From: Terriglobia bacterium
GTDB taxonomy: Bacteria; Acidobacteriota; Terriglobia; JAJPHL01; JAPKYU01
NCBI GenBank assembly: GCA_965223005.1
Contig: CBDCVK010000002.1
Span: 128,001-192,000 of the forward strand
Length of the DNA: 64,000 bases
Reading direction: 5' to 3'
In this document: positions 1 to 10,161 of the stretch, one piece after another
Layout of the letters: each line of letters starts with the position of its first letter
Position numbering within the stretch: the stretch's first letter is position 1
Translations under genes and position numbers: made by a program
Notes under the pieces: generated by a model
What the model saw: only the letters and a program-made list of their open reading frames with translations
Told to the model about the DNA's origin: nothing
Database searches by the model: none

Positions 1-837
1 GATCCGCGCCAGCGTCTCCGGATCACCGATCTTCTGGTGCTGGATTTGATTCAGCGCACTCAGACCATCCAGCATACGCCGCCGGATCTGCTGGGGAACT
101 CCTTCGGGGTTCTTGACGTAGAGGACCGGGTCGGCGCCCGCGCGCAGAGCTACGCCCGCGTGCTCGGCCGAGAGGAAACCTGCGCTCCAAAGACGCGTCG
201 AAATCGCCTGCACGGCCGCCTTGCGGTGGCCACGCTTCGCGTTCATCACCACGAACGTGGGCAAATCTCGGTTCATGCTGCCCAGACCGTAGGCGAGCCA
301 GGAGCCGATGCAGGGAAGACCTGCGATCATCCGGCCGGTTTGGATAAACGTGATGGCCGGCTCGTGGTTGATCGCCTCGGTATGCATGGAACGAACGATC
401 GCCATGTCATCGGCCATCTTAGCGATGTTCGGAAGAAGGTCCGAGATCCATGCACCGCTCTGGCCGTGCTGGTGAAATTCCCAGACCGGAGGGGCAATCG
501 GGAAGCGTACTTGGCCGGAGGTCATGGTCGTCAGGCGCTGCCCCTTTCGAATCGAATCGGGCAGTTCCTTGCCGTACAAGTTCTTCAGGTTGGGCTTGTA
601 GTCGAACAGGTCCATCTGCGGCGGCGCGCCCATGGTATGGAGATAGATCACCCGCTTGGCTTTGGGCGCGAAATGCGGCAAGTGAGGCAGTCCTCCGTAG
701 GCCTCCGCCCCTTTCGAATCGCCTTTCGCCTCCTCGGCAACGAGGCTGGCCAACGCGAGCGCACCAAGCCACTGGCCGCCACGAGCGAAGAACTGCCGCC
801 GGGTTTCGGTCAGAATGGCTTCTTTTGATGGATGCAT
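1..837 (-). CDS. DUF1501 family protein, 5' part (second tandem copy; runs off the window edge)
   Basis: 1-837 aligns to 1579-2415 at a constant 1578-bp offset with scattered substitutions; ATG at 837. Confidence 0.85.
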   Translation of the reverse strand, partial: MHPSKEAILTETRRQFFARGGQWLGALALASLVAEEAKGDSKGAEAYGGLPHLPHFAPKAKRVIYLHTMGAPPQMDLFDYKPNLKNLYGKELPDSIRKGQRLTTMTSGQVRFPIAPPVWEFHQHGQSGAWISDLLPNIAKMADDMAIVRSMHTEAINHEPAITFIQTGRMIAGLPCIGSWLAYGLGSMNRDLPTFVVMNAKRGHRKAAVQAISTRLWSAGFLSAEHAGVALRAGADPVLYVKNPEGVPQQIRRRMLDGLSALNQIQHQKIGDPETLARI

Positions 838-948
838 CTTGGATGCTCCCCTCCGCCTGCAACGCTACTTGTTCAAAACCCCGTCCACGGACCACGAAAT
901 CCGGAAAGGATCTGACCCTAAGCGTCCGAGCAAATGTGAAGATGGTTC

Positions 949-2415
949 CTACGCCAGAATCGGTTTCACGACTTTGGCGGGCTCGACGCCGGTTAGCTTC
1001 GCCTCCAGCCCCTGGTGCCTGTAGGTGAACCGTTCGTGGTCAATGCCGAACAGGTGCAGGAGCGTCGCCTGAAAGTCGCGAACGTGGACCGGGTCCCTAA
1101 CGACGTTATAGGAGAAATCGTCCGTTTCGCCGTAGACGACTCCACCCTTGATACCGGCGCCAGCCATCCAGATGCTGAAGCAGCGCGGATGATGGTCGCG
1201 GCCGTAGTCGGTGGGCGTGAGCTTACCCTGGGAGTAGACCGTACGGCCGAACTCGCCGCCCCACACCACCAGCGTGTCGTCAAACAGGCCGCGTTCCTTC
1301 AGGTCCTGCACCAGCGCCCAGCAGGCCTGGTCCACATCCTGGCACTGGCGCGGCAGCACCTGGGGCGCAAGCTTGTGCACGTCCCAACCGCGATGGTAGA
1401 TCTGCACGAAACGCACGCCGCGTTCAATCAGCCGCCGCGCCATCAGTAAGCTATAGGCGACCGTACCCGCCTCCCGCGCGTCTTCTCCATAGCGCTTGTA
1501 GGTACTCTCCGGCTCGCTGGCGAGATCACTCATCTCCGGCACCGACGCTTGCATCCGGAAGGCCATCTCGAATTGCTCGATCCGCGCCAGCGTCTCCGGA
1601 TCACCGATCTTCTGGTGCTGGATTTGATTCAGCGCACTCAGACCATCCAGCATACGCCGCCGGATCTGCTGGGGAACTCCATCGGGATTCTTGACGTAGA
1701 GGACCGGGTCGGCGCCCGCGCGCAGAGCTACGCCTGCGTGCTCGGCCGAGAGGAAACCTGCGCTCCAAAGACGCGTCGAGATCGCCTGCACGTTCGCCCT
1801 CGGGTGACTATGTTTCGCGTTCATTACCACGAACGTGGGCAAATCCCGGTTCATGCTGCCCAGACCGTAGGCGAGCCAGGAGCCGATGCAGGGAAGACCC
1901 GCGATCATCCGGCCGGTTTGGATAAACGTGATGGCCGGCTCGTGGTTGATCGCCTCGGTGTGCATGGAACGAACGATCGCCATGTCATCGGCCATCTTTC
2001 CGATGTTCGGCAGAAGGTCGGAGATCCATGCGCCGCTCTGGCCGTGCTGGTGAAATTCCCAGACCGGAGGGGCAATCGGGAAGCGCGCCTGGCCGGCGGT
2101 CATGGTTGTCAGGCGCTGGCCCTGCCGAATCGAATCGGGCAGCTCCTTGCCGTACAAGCCCTTCAGCTTGGGCTTGTAGTCGAACAGGTCCATCTGCGGC
2201 GGCGCACCCATGGTATGGAGATAGATCACCCGCTTGGCTTTGGGCGCGAAATGCGGCAAGTGGGGCAATCCTCCGTAGGCCTCCGCCCCTTTCGGACTGC
2301 CTTTCGCCTCCTCGGCAACGAGGCTGGCCAGCGCGAGCGCACCAAGCCACTGGCCGCCGCGAGCGAAGAACTGCCGCCGGGTTTCGGTCAGAATGGCTTC
2401 TTTCGATGGATGCAT
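949..2415 (-). CDS. DUF1501 family (sulfatase-like, Tat-signal) protein
   Basis: TRRQFF Tat-like N-terminus; PKAKRVIYL, QMDLFDYKP, WGGEFGRT, GRDHHP, YGETDD motifs. Confidence 0.9.
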   Translation of the reverse strand: MHPSKEAILTETRRQFFARGGQWLGALALASLVAEEAKGSPKGAEAYGGLPHLPHFAPKAKRVIYLHTMGAPPQMDLFDYKPKLKGLYGKELPDSIRQGQRLTTMTAGQARFPIAPPVWEFHQHGQSGAWISDLLPNIGKMADDMAIVRSMHTEAINHEPAITFIQTGRMIAGLPCIGSWLAYGLGSMNRDLPTFVVMNAKHSHPRANVQAISTRLWSAGFLSAEHAGVALRAGADPVLYVKNPDGVPQQIRRRMLDGLSALNQIQHQKIGDPETLARIEQFEMAFRMQASVPEMSDLASEPESTYKRYGEDAREAGTVAYSLLMARRLIERGVRFVQIYHRGWDVHKLAPQVLPRQCQDVDQACWALVQDLKERGLFDDTLVVWGGEFGRTVYSQGKLTPTDYGRDHHPRCFSIWMAGAGIKGGVVYGETDDFSYNVVRDPVHVRDFQATLLHLFGIDHERFTYRHQGLEAKLTGVEPAKVVKPILA

Positions 2416-2442
2416 CTTGGATGTTCCCCTCCGCCTGCCGCC

Positions 2443-5400
2443 TTACTTGTTCAAAACCTCGTCCAGATTCATGATCTGGTTGGCCAGCATGGTCAAAGCC
2501 GCAGACTCCACCTGGGGCAGTGCCTGGTCCGGCTCGGATTCCCCGGTGGCCAGCAGCTTCCCAGCGTCCCCGCGATTCTCTCGGTAGTAGCCCAGGAAAT
2601 CCTCATACGCACGCCGCGCCACCACCCGCTCATCTTCTTCGAGCCTGCGGGCCAGCAGGCGCAGCGTCATATAGTCGAGCTGGCTGTCAAAGTCGTCGCC
2701 AGCCTCCTCGAGCGTCTTCTGGGCCAGATAGCGTGAAGCCTCGACAAACTGCGTATCGTTCATCGTCAAAAGCGCCTGTAGAGGCGTGTTCGTTCGCTCC
2801 CGCCGCACCGTGCAGTTCTCCCGTGTGGGAGCGTTAAAAGTCACCATAGATGCCGGTGGAGCGGACCTTTTCCAGAAGGTATAGAGGCTGCGGCGGTAGA
2901 GCTTGTCGCCATGATCCTGCTTGTAATTGTACGTGTTGCTCTGCGGCATCGCCACCGTTTCCCAAACACCCTCAGGCTGATAAGGTTTCACACTCGGCCC
3001 ACCGATCGCAGGGACCAGCAGACCGCTGGCCGCCAGCGCATAATCGCGCACTATCTCGGCGTCCATGCGGAACCGTGGCCCTCGGGAGAGAAGCCGGTTC
3101 TCTAGGTCTTTTGCCAGCTTCCCTTCAGTGGTGGCCGCCGACTGTCGGTAGGTGGCCGAAGTCACGATCAAGCGGAAGAAGTCCTTGACGTTCCAGCCCG
3201 AGTCTCGGAACTCGGTCGCCAGCCAGTCGAGCAACTCGGGATGAGACGGCCGCTCACCTTGAGAGCCGAAATCGTCAGAGGTTTTCACGATGCCCGTACC
3301 GAAGACCTCCTGCCAGAAGCGATTGACGACAACGCGCGGGGTCAACGGATTCGAGTCGTCCACAAGCCACTTCGCCAGGCCAAGCCGATTGCGGGGCAGG
3401 GAAGCCGGCATCGGCGGCAAAGCCGCTGGGGTGGTCGGCTCGACGCGGTCCTGAGGCCGGTCGTACATGCCGCGATAGAGGACGTGGGCAAACGGCGCGG
3501 CGTCGCTGCGCTCATGCATCACGTGCGTGATGCCGCCGCGGCGCCGCACTTCCCGCTGCTCGAGCTTGAGTTCGTTCAACCGTGCCGCAAGCTGGTGGGA
3601 ATCCTCATCTTTACGCCTGAGGTTAAGATGATAGAGACGCAGGGCCGCCCGCTCGTCTTGAGTCAGCTCGCTGACTTTCTTCTTCCTCGCCCGTTGCAAT
3701 GCAGGCCAAAGCGAGACCAGCCGGGCTTGCTCGACTGTGATCGCGCGGTTGAAGATCCGAAAGTCCGAAAGGGCCCCGTCGTCGAAATACCAGGTGTCCG
3801 CGTCATTCTCCTGGCTGACGTGCTTCCCCAACAGGATCGGCTGGCTGGTGCGGATGTTGCCCTTGAGCTTCCCAAAGTACTCGCTACCCCGCGTGAGGAT
3901 GCGCCTCCCATTCAGGTAGTAGTTCAGCCCGGCGGTCTCCCCACTGCCGTCATAGCTCACCGCCACGTGGTTCCAGGTCCCGCCCTTCATCTGCTGTAAA
4001 TGGTCCGGTCCGAGCCTGATGGACTCGCCGTCATCGCTCACCATCTTGAACACAGCTATGTGTCTACTGATGTTGAGGGACCAACCACGCCACTTATCCT
4101 CGGGGTCCGCTTGGCTGGCTACATTGAATCCCCCGTCTTCTTTGGGGTGATAGACCCAGACAGTGAGAGAGAAGGGCCGGTCCGAGTCGAGGTGTTCGAT
4201 GTTGGGCAACTCACTCCAGGTCTCCCCGGCGAATCGCAGCGCTCTGAGGTCTTCGTCCGGCCCAGCGCCCACGCTGATGCCTTCCGGCAGGTCGATCTCG
4301 ACCTTGCGGTCTGGTAAGTTCACGGCGACGCCGTCGCCGAGCGAAAGTGTCAAGACCTCGGAGGACTTCTCCAGAGGCGCCTCTATAGAGCGATACTCCC
4401 CGCTCGCGAGCCACGCTTCGAACTTGTCGTCCGCCGAGGAGTCCAACGCTTGCATGCGGCTCGCGACTTGCGCCACTTCGCGCTTTAGCTCCTCCCAACG
4501 GCGCGTCTCTTCCGGGCGCGGAACCACGACGATCGGCGGCGGGTGGGAGACGTTGCCATCCAATGCGTACTGTGTGGTGTTCCGGAAGAAGGCCGTCATC
4601 GAATAGAAGTCCTTCGTGGAGATCGGATCAAACTTGTGGTCGTGGCAGGTGGCGCAGGCGACGGTCAAACCCAGCCACACGGTGCCGGTCGTATCCGCGC
4701 GATCTTTGGCATAAATGGCTTCCACTTCCTTGAGGATCACCCCCCCTTCGTCGGTGGTGACATTGCAGCGATGGAAGCCGGTGGCGACGCGCTGTTCCAG
4801 CGTGGGATTCTGCAGAAGATCCCCCGCGAGCTGCTCGATCGTGAAGCGGTCGAACGGCAAGTTCCGGTTGAAGGCGTTGATCACCCAATCGCGGTAGGGC
4901 CACATTTCACGGTAGTTGTCGATGTGCAGCCCGTGAGTATCGGCGTAGCGGGCCGCTTCGAGCCAGTAGCGCCCACGGTGCTCCCCCCAATGGGAGGAAT
5001 CGAGCAGTTCCTGGACCAGCCTCTCGTACGCGTCCTCGGCGCTATCATTCACAAAGGCTTCGATTTGTTCTGGGCTCGGGGGAAGACCCGTGAGGTCGAG
5101 TGAGAGGCGGCGAATCAACGTGCGGCGGTCTGCCTCGGGAGCCGGCTCAAGGCCCTCAGCCTCCAGCCGGGCCAGGATGAGCCGGTCAATCCCGTTGCGG
5201 ACCCACGGCTCGTTCTTGACAACCGCTGGGTCAGGCCGCTTTAGCGTCCGAAACGACCAGTGCTGATCCCAAGAAGCGCCCTGTTCAATCCAGCGCTTCA
5301 GGATATCGATCTGCTCGGCGGTCAGCTCCTTTTTTGAGAAGACCGGAGGCATGCGCTTGGCGGGGTCCTTGGCCGTAATGCGCTGGTAGAGGAGACTCGC

Positions 5401-5661
5401 CTGCAGGTCTCCGGCAACCACCGGCGCGCTGTCATCGTGTGGGGCAAAAGCACCCTCCCGGGTGTCTAGCCGCACGTCCGCCATACGCGTCTTGCTGTCC
5501 GGGCCATGGCACTGAAAGCAGTTGTCTGAGAGAATCGGACGCACGTCTCGCTGGAAGTCGACCGATTCCGCAGACTTTGGCGTGGCCGGCGAGGCCGCAA
5601 AAAGGGTCGACAGCAGCAGCGAAGCGACCAAAGCGTAACTCGTCACTCGAAACCAACGCAT
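2443..5661 (-). CDS. PSCyt1/PSCyt2 (DUF1549)/PSD1 (DUF1553) planctomycete cytochrome c domain protein with LamG-like insert
   Basis: Signal peptide; VDFQRDVRPILSDNCFQCHG; CATCHDHKFDP; PSHPELLDWLA; RRSLY; NTPLQAL; central WNHVAVSYDG LamG-like stretch. Confidence 0.9.
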   Translation of the reverse strand: MRWFRVTSYALVASLLLSTLFAASPATPKSAESVDFQRDVRPILSDNCFQCHGPDSKTRMADVRLDTREGAFAPHDDSAPVVAGDLQASLLYQRITAKDPAKRMPPVFSKKELTAEQIDILKRWIEQGASWDQHWSFRTLKRPDPAVVKNEPWVRNGIDRLILARLEAEGLEPAPEADRRTLIRRLSLDLTGLPPSPEQIEAFVNDSAEDAYERLVQELLDSSHWGEHRGRYWLEAARYADTHGLHIDNYREMWPYRDWVINAFNRNLPFDRFTIEQLAGDLLQNPTLEQRVATGFHRCNVTTDEGGVILKEVEAIYAKDRADTTGTVWLGLTVACATCHDHKFDPISTKDFYSMTAFFRNTTQYALDGNVSHPPPIVVVPRPEETRRWEELKREVAQVASRMQALDSSADDKFEAWLASGEYRSIEAPLEKSSEVLTLSLGDGVAVNLPDRKVEIDLPEGISVGAGPDEDLRALRFAGETWSELPNIEHLDSDRPFSLTVWVYHPKEDGGFNVASQADPEDKWRGWSLNISRHIAVFKMVSDDGESIRLGPDHLQQMKGGTWNHVAVSYDGSGETAGLNYYLNGRRILTRGSEYFGKLKGNIRTSQPILLGKHVSQENDADTWYFDDGALSDFRIFNRAITVEQARLVSLWPALQRARKKKVSELTQDERAALRLYHLNLRRKDEDSHQLAARLNELKLEQREVRRRGGITHVMHERSDAAPFAHVLYRGMYDRPQDRVEPTTPAALPPMPASLPRNRLGLAKWLVDDSNPLTPRVVVNRFWQEVFGTGIVKTSDDFGSQGERPSHPELLDWLATEFRDSGWNVKDFFRLIVTSATYRQSAATTEGKLAKDLENRLLSRGPRFRMDAEIVRDYALAASGLLVPAIGGPSVKPYQPEGVWETVAMPQSNTYNYKQDHGDKLYRRSLYTFWKRSAPPASMVTFNAPTRENCTVRRERTNTPLQALLTMNDTQFVEASRYLAQKTLEEAGDDFDSQLDYMTLRLLARRLEEDERVVARRAYEDFLGYYRENRGDAGKLLATGESEPDQALPQVESAALTMLANQIMNLDEVLNK

Positions 5662-5793
5662 CAGCTTGTCCTCAGTAGACTAATTGTGGGGAAGAAGGTC
5701 TTCACAAACACCGGTTGGGCTGATGTATCCACTCCAGCCTCCACGCCACAGTCTAGATGTGCCCCTAAGTACTGTCAAGCGCTCCGGGAGCCT

Positions 5794-5838
5794 GGTAGTG
5801 GGTCAGTTGCCGAGCAGGGCGTTTATACAGACAAGTGG
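5794..5838 (+). repeat. Island repeat copy A (GGTAGTGGGTCAGTT...TATAC...CAAGTG)
   Basis: Aligns with 11696-11740 and 16630-16675. Confidence 0.7.
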
Positions 5839-5979
5839 ACTAGTTCCGAGTGGGCCGTCAACCATCGAAACTGGCGATGCGGCCGGTATGGCCTTCGAGA
5901 CATGGCGGGACTGATTCTCCAAACCGGAGGCTAATCCTGCAAGTCTTAGCAACTCAACTTCGGCGGTGATCCTCCAGGA

Positions 5980-6078
5980 GGCTAACGGCGCAAATCAGCC
6001 GCCGCCGAGCGAGCTGTGGCGAGCGAGGTACCAAACCGCGGCGCGGTTTGGCGGTCGGAGTGCATTTGCTTGTTAGGC
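5980..6078 (-). other. attC-like integron cassette recombination site
   Basis: Minus strand GCCTAAC-AAGCAAATGCACTCCGACCGCC...GGCGGCGGCTGATTTGCGCC-GTTAGCC: R''/R' boxes and an imperfect stem with extrahelical bases; 99 bp; downstream of a low-GC gene. Confidence 0.75.
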
Positions 6079-6185
6079 ACGCCATATTGGGCGTCGCAAT
6101 TGTGTGTGCGTTCCGGCATTGGCGGGTACTGACATATTCAAGAGAACATGATCTTCAGCTCAGGTTCACCCTTTGGCTCTCCCTA

Positions 6186-7139
6186 TCATGACGCCCTGAG
6201 CAAGTAGCATACAGAACAGGGATAGACTTCCCCGGGAGCTGTAGCTTCCGCAAGAACTTCATACCGGCTTCTACCCAACCAACCATCGAATGTCGACTTT
6301 CGAACAAGAGAAATGTGGCTATCCCAATCGTCAGATCCAAAAGGATAGACAATCGCAACAAGACCACCGGGACGCACTACACGGGCCATCTCCAGTAGGG
6401 CGAGTCTAGGTTCCAAAATATGTTCCAGGACGTCGAAACTTAGAATAATATCGAACCAGTTCTCGGGAAAGTCCAGGCTCCTGGAATCCATAATCGCATA
6501 TCTTTCGCCTTCCTTACTCGTTTCATTGCACCAATGCACCATTGGTTCGGAGATGTCTATTCCGATTCGCTCTTGAGCGTCGGTAAATAGACGCAGAGTA
6601 CCTCCCATGCCGCTGCCTACATCTAGTATTCGAGACTTTGAAAGCCCGAGCCCCATAGAGTTCGCAAGAGCTTGGATCTGGCGGACAAAGAAGATACGTC
6701 TTGCCGCTACGTTCTCGACCCACAGGTGCGACAGGTAGATTGAACTCGAGTAGTACTGTTCCGACCCAAGTTGCTCCAGGAGAATCTCCTTCTTGGACAT
6801 GCACAGCCAATCATTAAGAAATACGTCTGCAGGCTGATAATGCAACTGTGTGCATAGTCGCGCCAACTGAAATCCGGCCATAGAAACATAGGAGTCTAGA
6901 TACTCCGAATATAAGAAAAGATTCGTAAGAAACCATTCAAAGGATCTTGTCGCTGAGCGGAGTGCCGCAACATCTACGGTCAAGTTATGTCGGACCAATT
7001 CCTTCTCGAAACGACCGGTCATGAGAAATATCAGCCTCCCATTGCGTTCCTCCCCAGATATGAAGGATTTCGCCAAATCAGAGGCGTCTAAGGCCCTCAA
7101 TACGGAAAACGTCTTCCAGTAGTCCGCCCGTATCCCCAT
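6186..7139 (-). CDS. Class I SAM-dependent methyltransferase (putative gene cassette)
   Basis: ILDVGSGMG motif I, GIDIS, FDIILSFDVLEH, RVVRPGG; visibly lower GC than flanks. Confidence 0.85.
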   Translation of the reverse strand: MGIRADYWKTFSVLRALDASDLAKSFISGEERNGRLIFLMTGRFEKELVRHNLTVDVAALRSATRSFEWFLTNLFLYSEYLDSYVSMAGFQLARLCTQLHYQPADVFLNDWLCMSKKEILLEQLGSEQYYSSSIYLSHLWVENVAARRIFFVRQIQALANSMGLGLSKSRILDVGSGMGGTLRLFTDAQERIGIDISEPMVHWCNETSKEGERYAIMDSRSLDFPENWFDIILSFDVLEHILEPRLALLEMARVVRPGGLVAIVYPFGSDDWDSHISLVRKSTFDGWLGRSRYEVLAEATAPGEVYPCSVCYLLRAS

Positions 7140-7261
7140 CGGCGTGTGTAATTTTAGCTCATATTCAGCTCATATGGTGAACCGCTATTTTTCCTGCATG
7201 ACAGATGTATATCCGACTTCTCTATTCGCCGACAGAAGACAGGCAAAGGGGTAGCCCACGC

Positions 7262-7322
7262 TCATGCTTCCCTGCCCAGCTTCTCCAGGATGCGGTAGTG
7301 CCCGAGCGGCCGGTCGACCATG
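7262..7322 (-). pseudogene. Ser/Thr protein kinase N-terminal remnant
   Basis: MVDRPLGHYRILEKLG matches the start of Hanks-type kinases, then the frame stops. Confidence 0.55.
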
Positions 7323-7458
7323 GGCAAGAAGCCTCCCTCTTGGGGGCCATGCTGCGCCGCGCCCTCAGCTAAGTCAACGCGGCGACCGGGCCAATCGCCC
7401 CGGTGGTCTTCCGCTGCTGTACTGGTGGAGTCCAAGCGGCACGAGATACACCGCCCTG

Positions 7459-7686
7459 TCACCAACAATGCCGGATAGATTGCCCCTCGCCGGTGCGGGG
7501 ATTGCGGCCGATGCCTGTTTTGCACGGCTTCACGTTGAAGACACCAAAGCCACGTAACTCGATCCGATTGCCACGCCCCAGGGCCTTTTTCGTGCTTTCA
7601 AACACGGTTTCGACGGCCTGCTCCGCCCTGGTCTTGGCGATGCCGGTGCGGTTTACCACCTCGTTCACGATGTCGAGCTTGATCAA
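7459..7686 (-). pseudogene. HU/IHF family DNA-binding protein, C-terminally truncated
   Basis: IELRGFGVFNVK...GRNPRTGE motif; 75 aa, lacking the last strand and helix. Confidence 0.75.
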
Positions 7687-7803
7687 GCGCGTTCCTCCGC
7701 TCGCGGTCTTTCAGTATCAGGAGCGGTTCCAGGCTTGTCAACGGCGGCAGCGCAATCCAGCCATGTCAGTGGGCGTGACGGGAGGCGAGGGAGCTAGGAG
7801 GAG

Positions 7804-8250
7804 TCAATAGCTCACCTCACTCGAATCGGCCGTACATTCCGGCGGAAACGTAACTCCCCACAGATCTTTCACCTCGCGCAGTTCCACGCCGAGTTCAAAA
7901 TTACCGCTGTCGCTCCGATTACTGTTGCACCAAACCACTCTGCCTGTCCCGCTTTGCTTCTCCGAGGGGAGCACGGTGACCGTAACTTCCTGATTCACAT
8001 CCAAGGGCCGCTTGCACTCGATTTTGGCGCCGTACTTACCCACCACAACCGTATGCGCAGCTAGGCCCCGAAAAGTGCCTTTCTCATCCTTGATTCGCAG
8101 TTGTACCGCAAGACGCAGGGGAACGCGGCCACTCTCTCGTGCTCCCAAGAAGTTGTCTGGGGCCATATCGGCCATTTGAGCATGAATCCTTTTGCTCTGT
8201 CGGTAAGAAGTGGCGGGGAGAATCAATCTAGGAACGCCCGGAAGTCGCAC
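7804..8250 (-). CDS. PilZ-like domain protein (true start probably internal)
   Basis: RESGRV (RxxxR), GAKI, GRVVWC, GVEL pattern. Confidence 0.65.
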   Translation of the reverse strand: MRLPGVPRLILPATSYRQSKRIHAQMADMAPDNFLGARESGRVPLRLAVQLRIKDEKGTFRGLAAHTVVVGKYGAKIECKRPLDVNQEVTVTVLPSEKQSGTGRVVWCNSNRSDSGNFELGVELREVKDLWGVTFPPECTADSSEVSY

Positions 8251-8359
8251 AGCGTCGCCCGCTGACGCTCAAGGAGTCTAACGCAAACCTGCCTGCGCCG
8301 CAAAGTCCAAACGCAGGTATAAGTTGCGGGGCGCCGCAATGAAATAACCAGCAGCCTTG

Positions 8360-8514
8360 CGGGATCATGGGTAAACGCTAGCCCGTTTGTGGGACTATAC
8401 GCCTTGGGCGCGAGGCCCACTTCCCCGAAGGGAATCCAGGCACTTGTCCGGTTAGCGCGTTATACGGCCAAGTGGGCTGCGTGGCGGCATAGGTAAACGC
8501 CTACCGACTAGTGG
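8360..8514 (+). repeat. Island repeat copy B (8441-8514) plus inner-motif fragment B0 (8360-8400)
   Basis: 8441-8474 resembles the reverse complement of 11644-11677; GGCTGCGTGGCRGCATAGGTAAA is shared with copy C2; 8360-8400 resembles the reverse complement of 16539-16575. Confidence 0.75.
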
Positions 8515-8519
8515 AGACC

Positions 8520-9808
8520 TACTGGCCAAGTCTGACCCGCTCTCGCTTCCCACGGCCGATCTCGAAGGTGTTCGGGTTTTGATCGTGGATGACCATGAGG
8601 TCAACCGGCGCGTATTGCGGGAACAGCTTGACAGTTGGAACCTGCGCAACCAGGGCTTTGCGTCAGGTCAGGAGGCGCTGACTGCAATGCGCCAAGAGCA
8701 CGGCGCGGGCGAGCCCTATCATATCGTGCTCCTCGACTACCAGATGCCCGGCATGGACGGCGAAACCCTTGCCAGGGTCATCAAAGCCGATCCCGTGTTG
8801 CGGGAGACAGTGTTGGTATTGCTCACCTCATTTGGGCAGCGGGGTGACGCTGAACGGTTCCTGGAAGCTGGCTTTGCGGGCTATCTGGTCAAGCCCGTGC
8901 GGCAGTCCCAACTCCTGGACGCACTGGCCAGCGTTTGGGGAGCTCGGACACAGGAGGGGCCAACTGTATTGGTTACCCGTCACACCGTGGCCGAGGCCAA
9001 GTCGCGCGGCGCAAAACCTGCCGCACCCGCCACGAAGGCCGAACTCTTCCGCACCCGGGTGCTGGTGGTGGAGGACAACGCGGTGAACCAGAGGGTGGCG
9101 GTGCGGATGTTGGAGAAGCAAGGTTGCCGGGTGGACGTGGCCGCCAATGGCGTGGAAGCGTTGGAGATGCTGAAGGCGCTCCCCTACGACCTGATTCTCA
9201 TGGACTGTCAGATGCCCGAGATGGATGGCTTTGAGGCTACAGCTGAGATTCGACGTCGGGAGAAGCTCTCTGGGCATCACGTTCCCATCATTGCGATCAC
9301 GGCCAACGCCATGCAGGGCGATCGGGAACGCTGCCTGGAGGCGGGCATGGACAGCTACATCGCCAAACCGATCCAGCTGGAGGAACTCCGCAAGGCATTG
9401 AAACTTCACCGGGCTGACCCACCGGCAGTTGGCGAGGACACGGGCGGGAAAGAACCAGCCAGCGAAGTCATAGACCGGGCCGCTCTCTTGGCGAGTGTAG
9501 GTGGCGATATGGAACCTCTCGCAGAGCTCGTCAGACTGTTCCTGGATACTTATCCCAGAACATTGTCCGAGGTGCGGGAGGCCGTGGCCCGGGCTGACCC
9601 CGAGGCCGTTGAAAGAGCCGCGCACAACCTTAAGGGGTCAGTAAGTTACTTTGCGGCGAAGGGCGCTTTCGAGGCGGCTCTGAGCCTAGAAAAGATGGGC
9701 CGAGAGAATAACCTGAGAGATGCGCAAGCAGCTTGCGCCGCACTGGAAAATGAAATGAGACGTCTCCACCAGGAGCTCATTGCATTTGCGAAGTCGGAAT
9801 CAAGATGA
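8520..9808 (+). pseudogene. C-terminal REC-REC-HPt part of a hybrid sensor kinase, 5'-truncated
   Basis: RVLIVDDHEVN and RVLVVEDNAVNQ receiver domains, AHNLKGS HPt motif; no kinase domain or convincing start; frame begins inside repeat B. Confidence 0.75.
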
Positions 9809-9837
9809 AAAAAGCCCGGACTCTTCGACTTCCGGGT
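9808..9837 (-). terminator. Putative intrinsic terminator
   Basis: Minus strand CCCGGA-N10-TCCGGG followed by CTTTTTT. Confidence 0.45.
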
Positions 9838-9989
9838 GCGCAAACCAGGCAGTAATAGCTCATAGAAGTCGGGCCCCAAGTTCCCCCGTTTATTCATACC
9901 GATTGATTTAGGTTCAGAAGGGGAGCCTCGGGTGCAGGTGTCTGCCAAAAAGGATTGGGCAAGTCTCTTTAACGGCGATAGTGACCGTG

Positions 9990-10105
9990 TTACTCGGCAC
10001 GCCGTTTGATGATGAATTCTACGGATAACGTACCCGACGGGACACTCGCTGGCACCTGCACATTCACCTGGTAGAGCCTAACAAGTCCCGGGTCCAGTCC
10101 CGAAG
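9990..10105 (-). pseudogene. Remnant of Solibacter-type C-terminal domain (TIGR03437-like)
   Basis: GLDPGLVRLYQVNVQVPASVPSG resembles the GLxPGLxGLYQVNxxVP signature. Confidence 0.55.
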
Positions 10106-10161
10106 AGGTCAGAGAGAGACAACTGGGTGCCACTCGAATGCTGAGTGAAGGCGAGAAAGGA

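Noticed and set aside
37-5103. Long plus-strand ORFs (37-828, 1549-2736, 3241-3999 and others)
   Set aside because: Antisense shadows of GC-rich genes with no recognisable motifs; the same applies to 33750-34664, 40542-41501, 55144-56187 and 58522-59589
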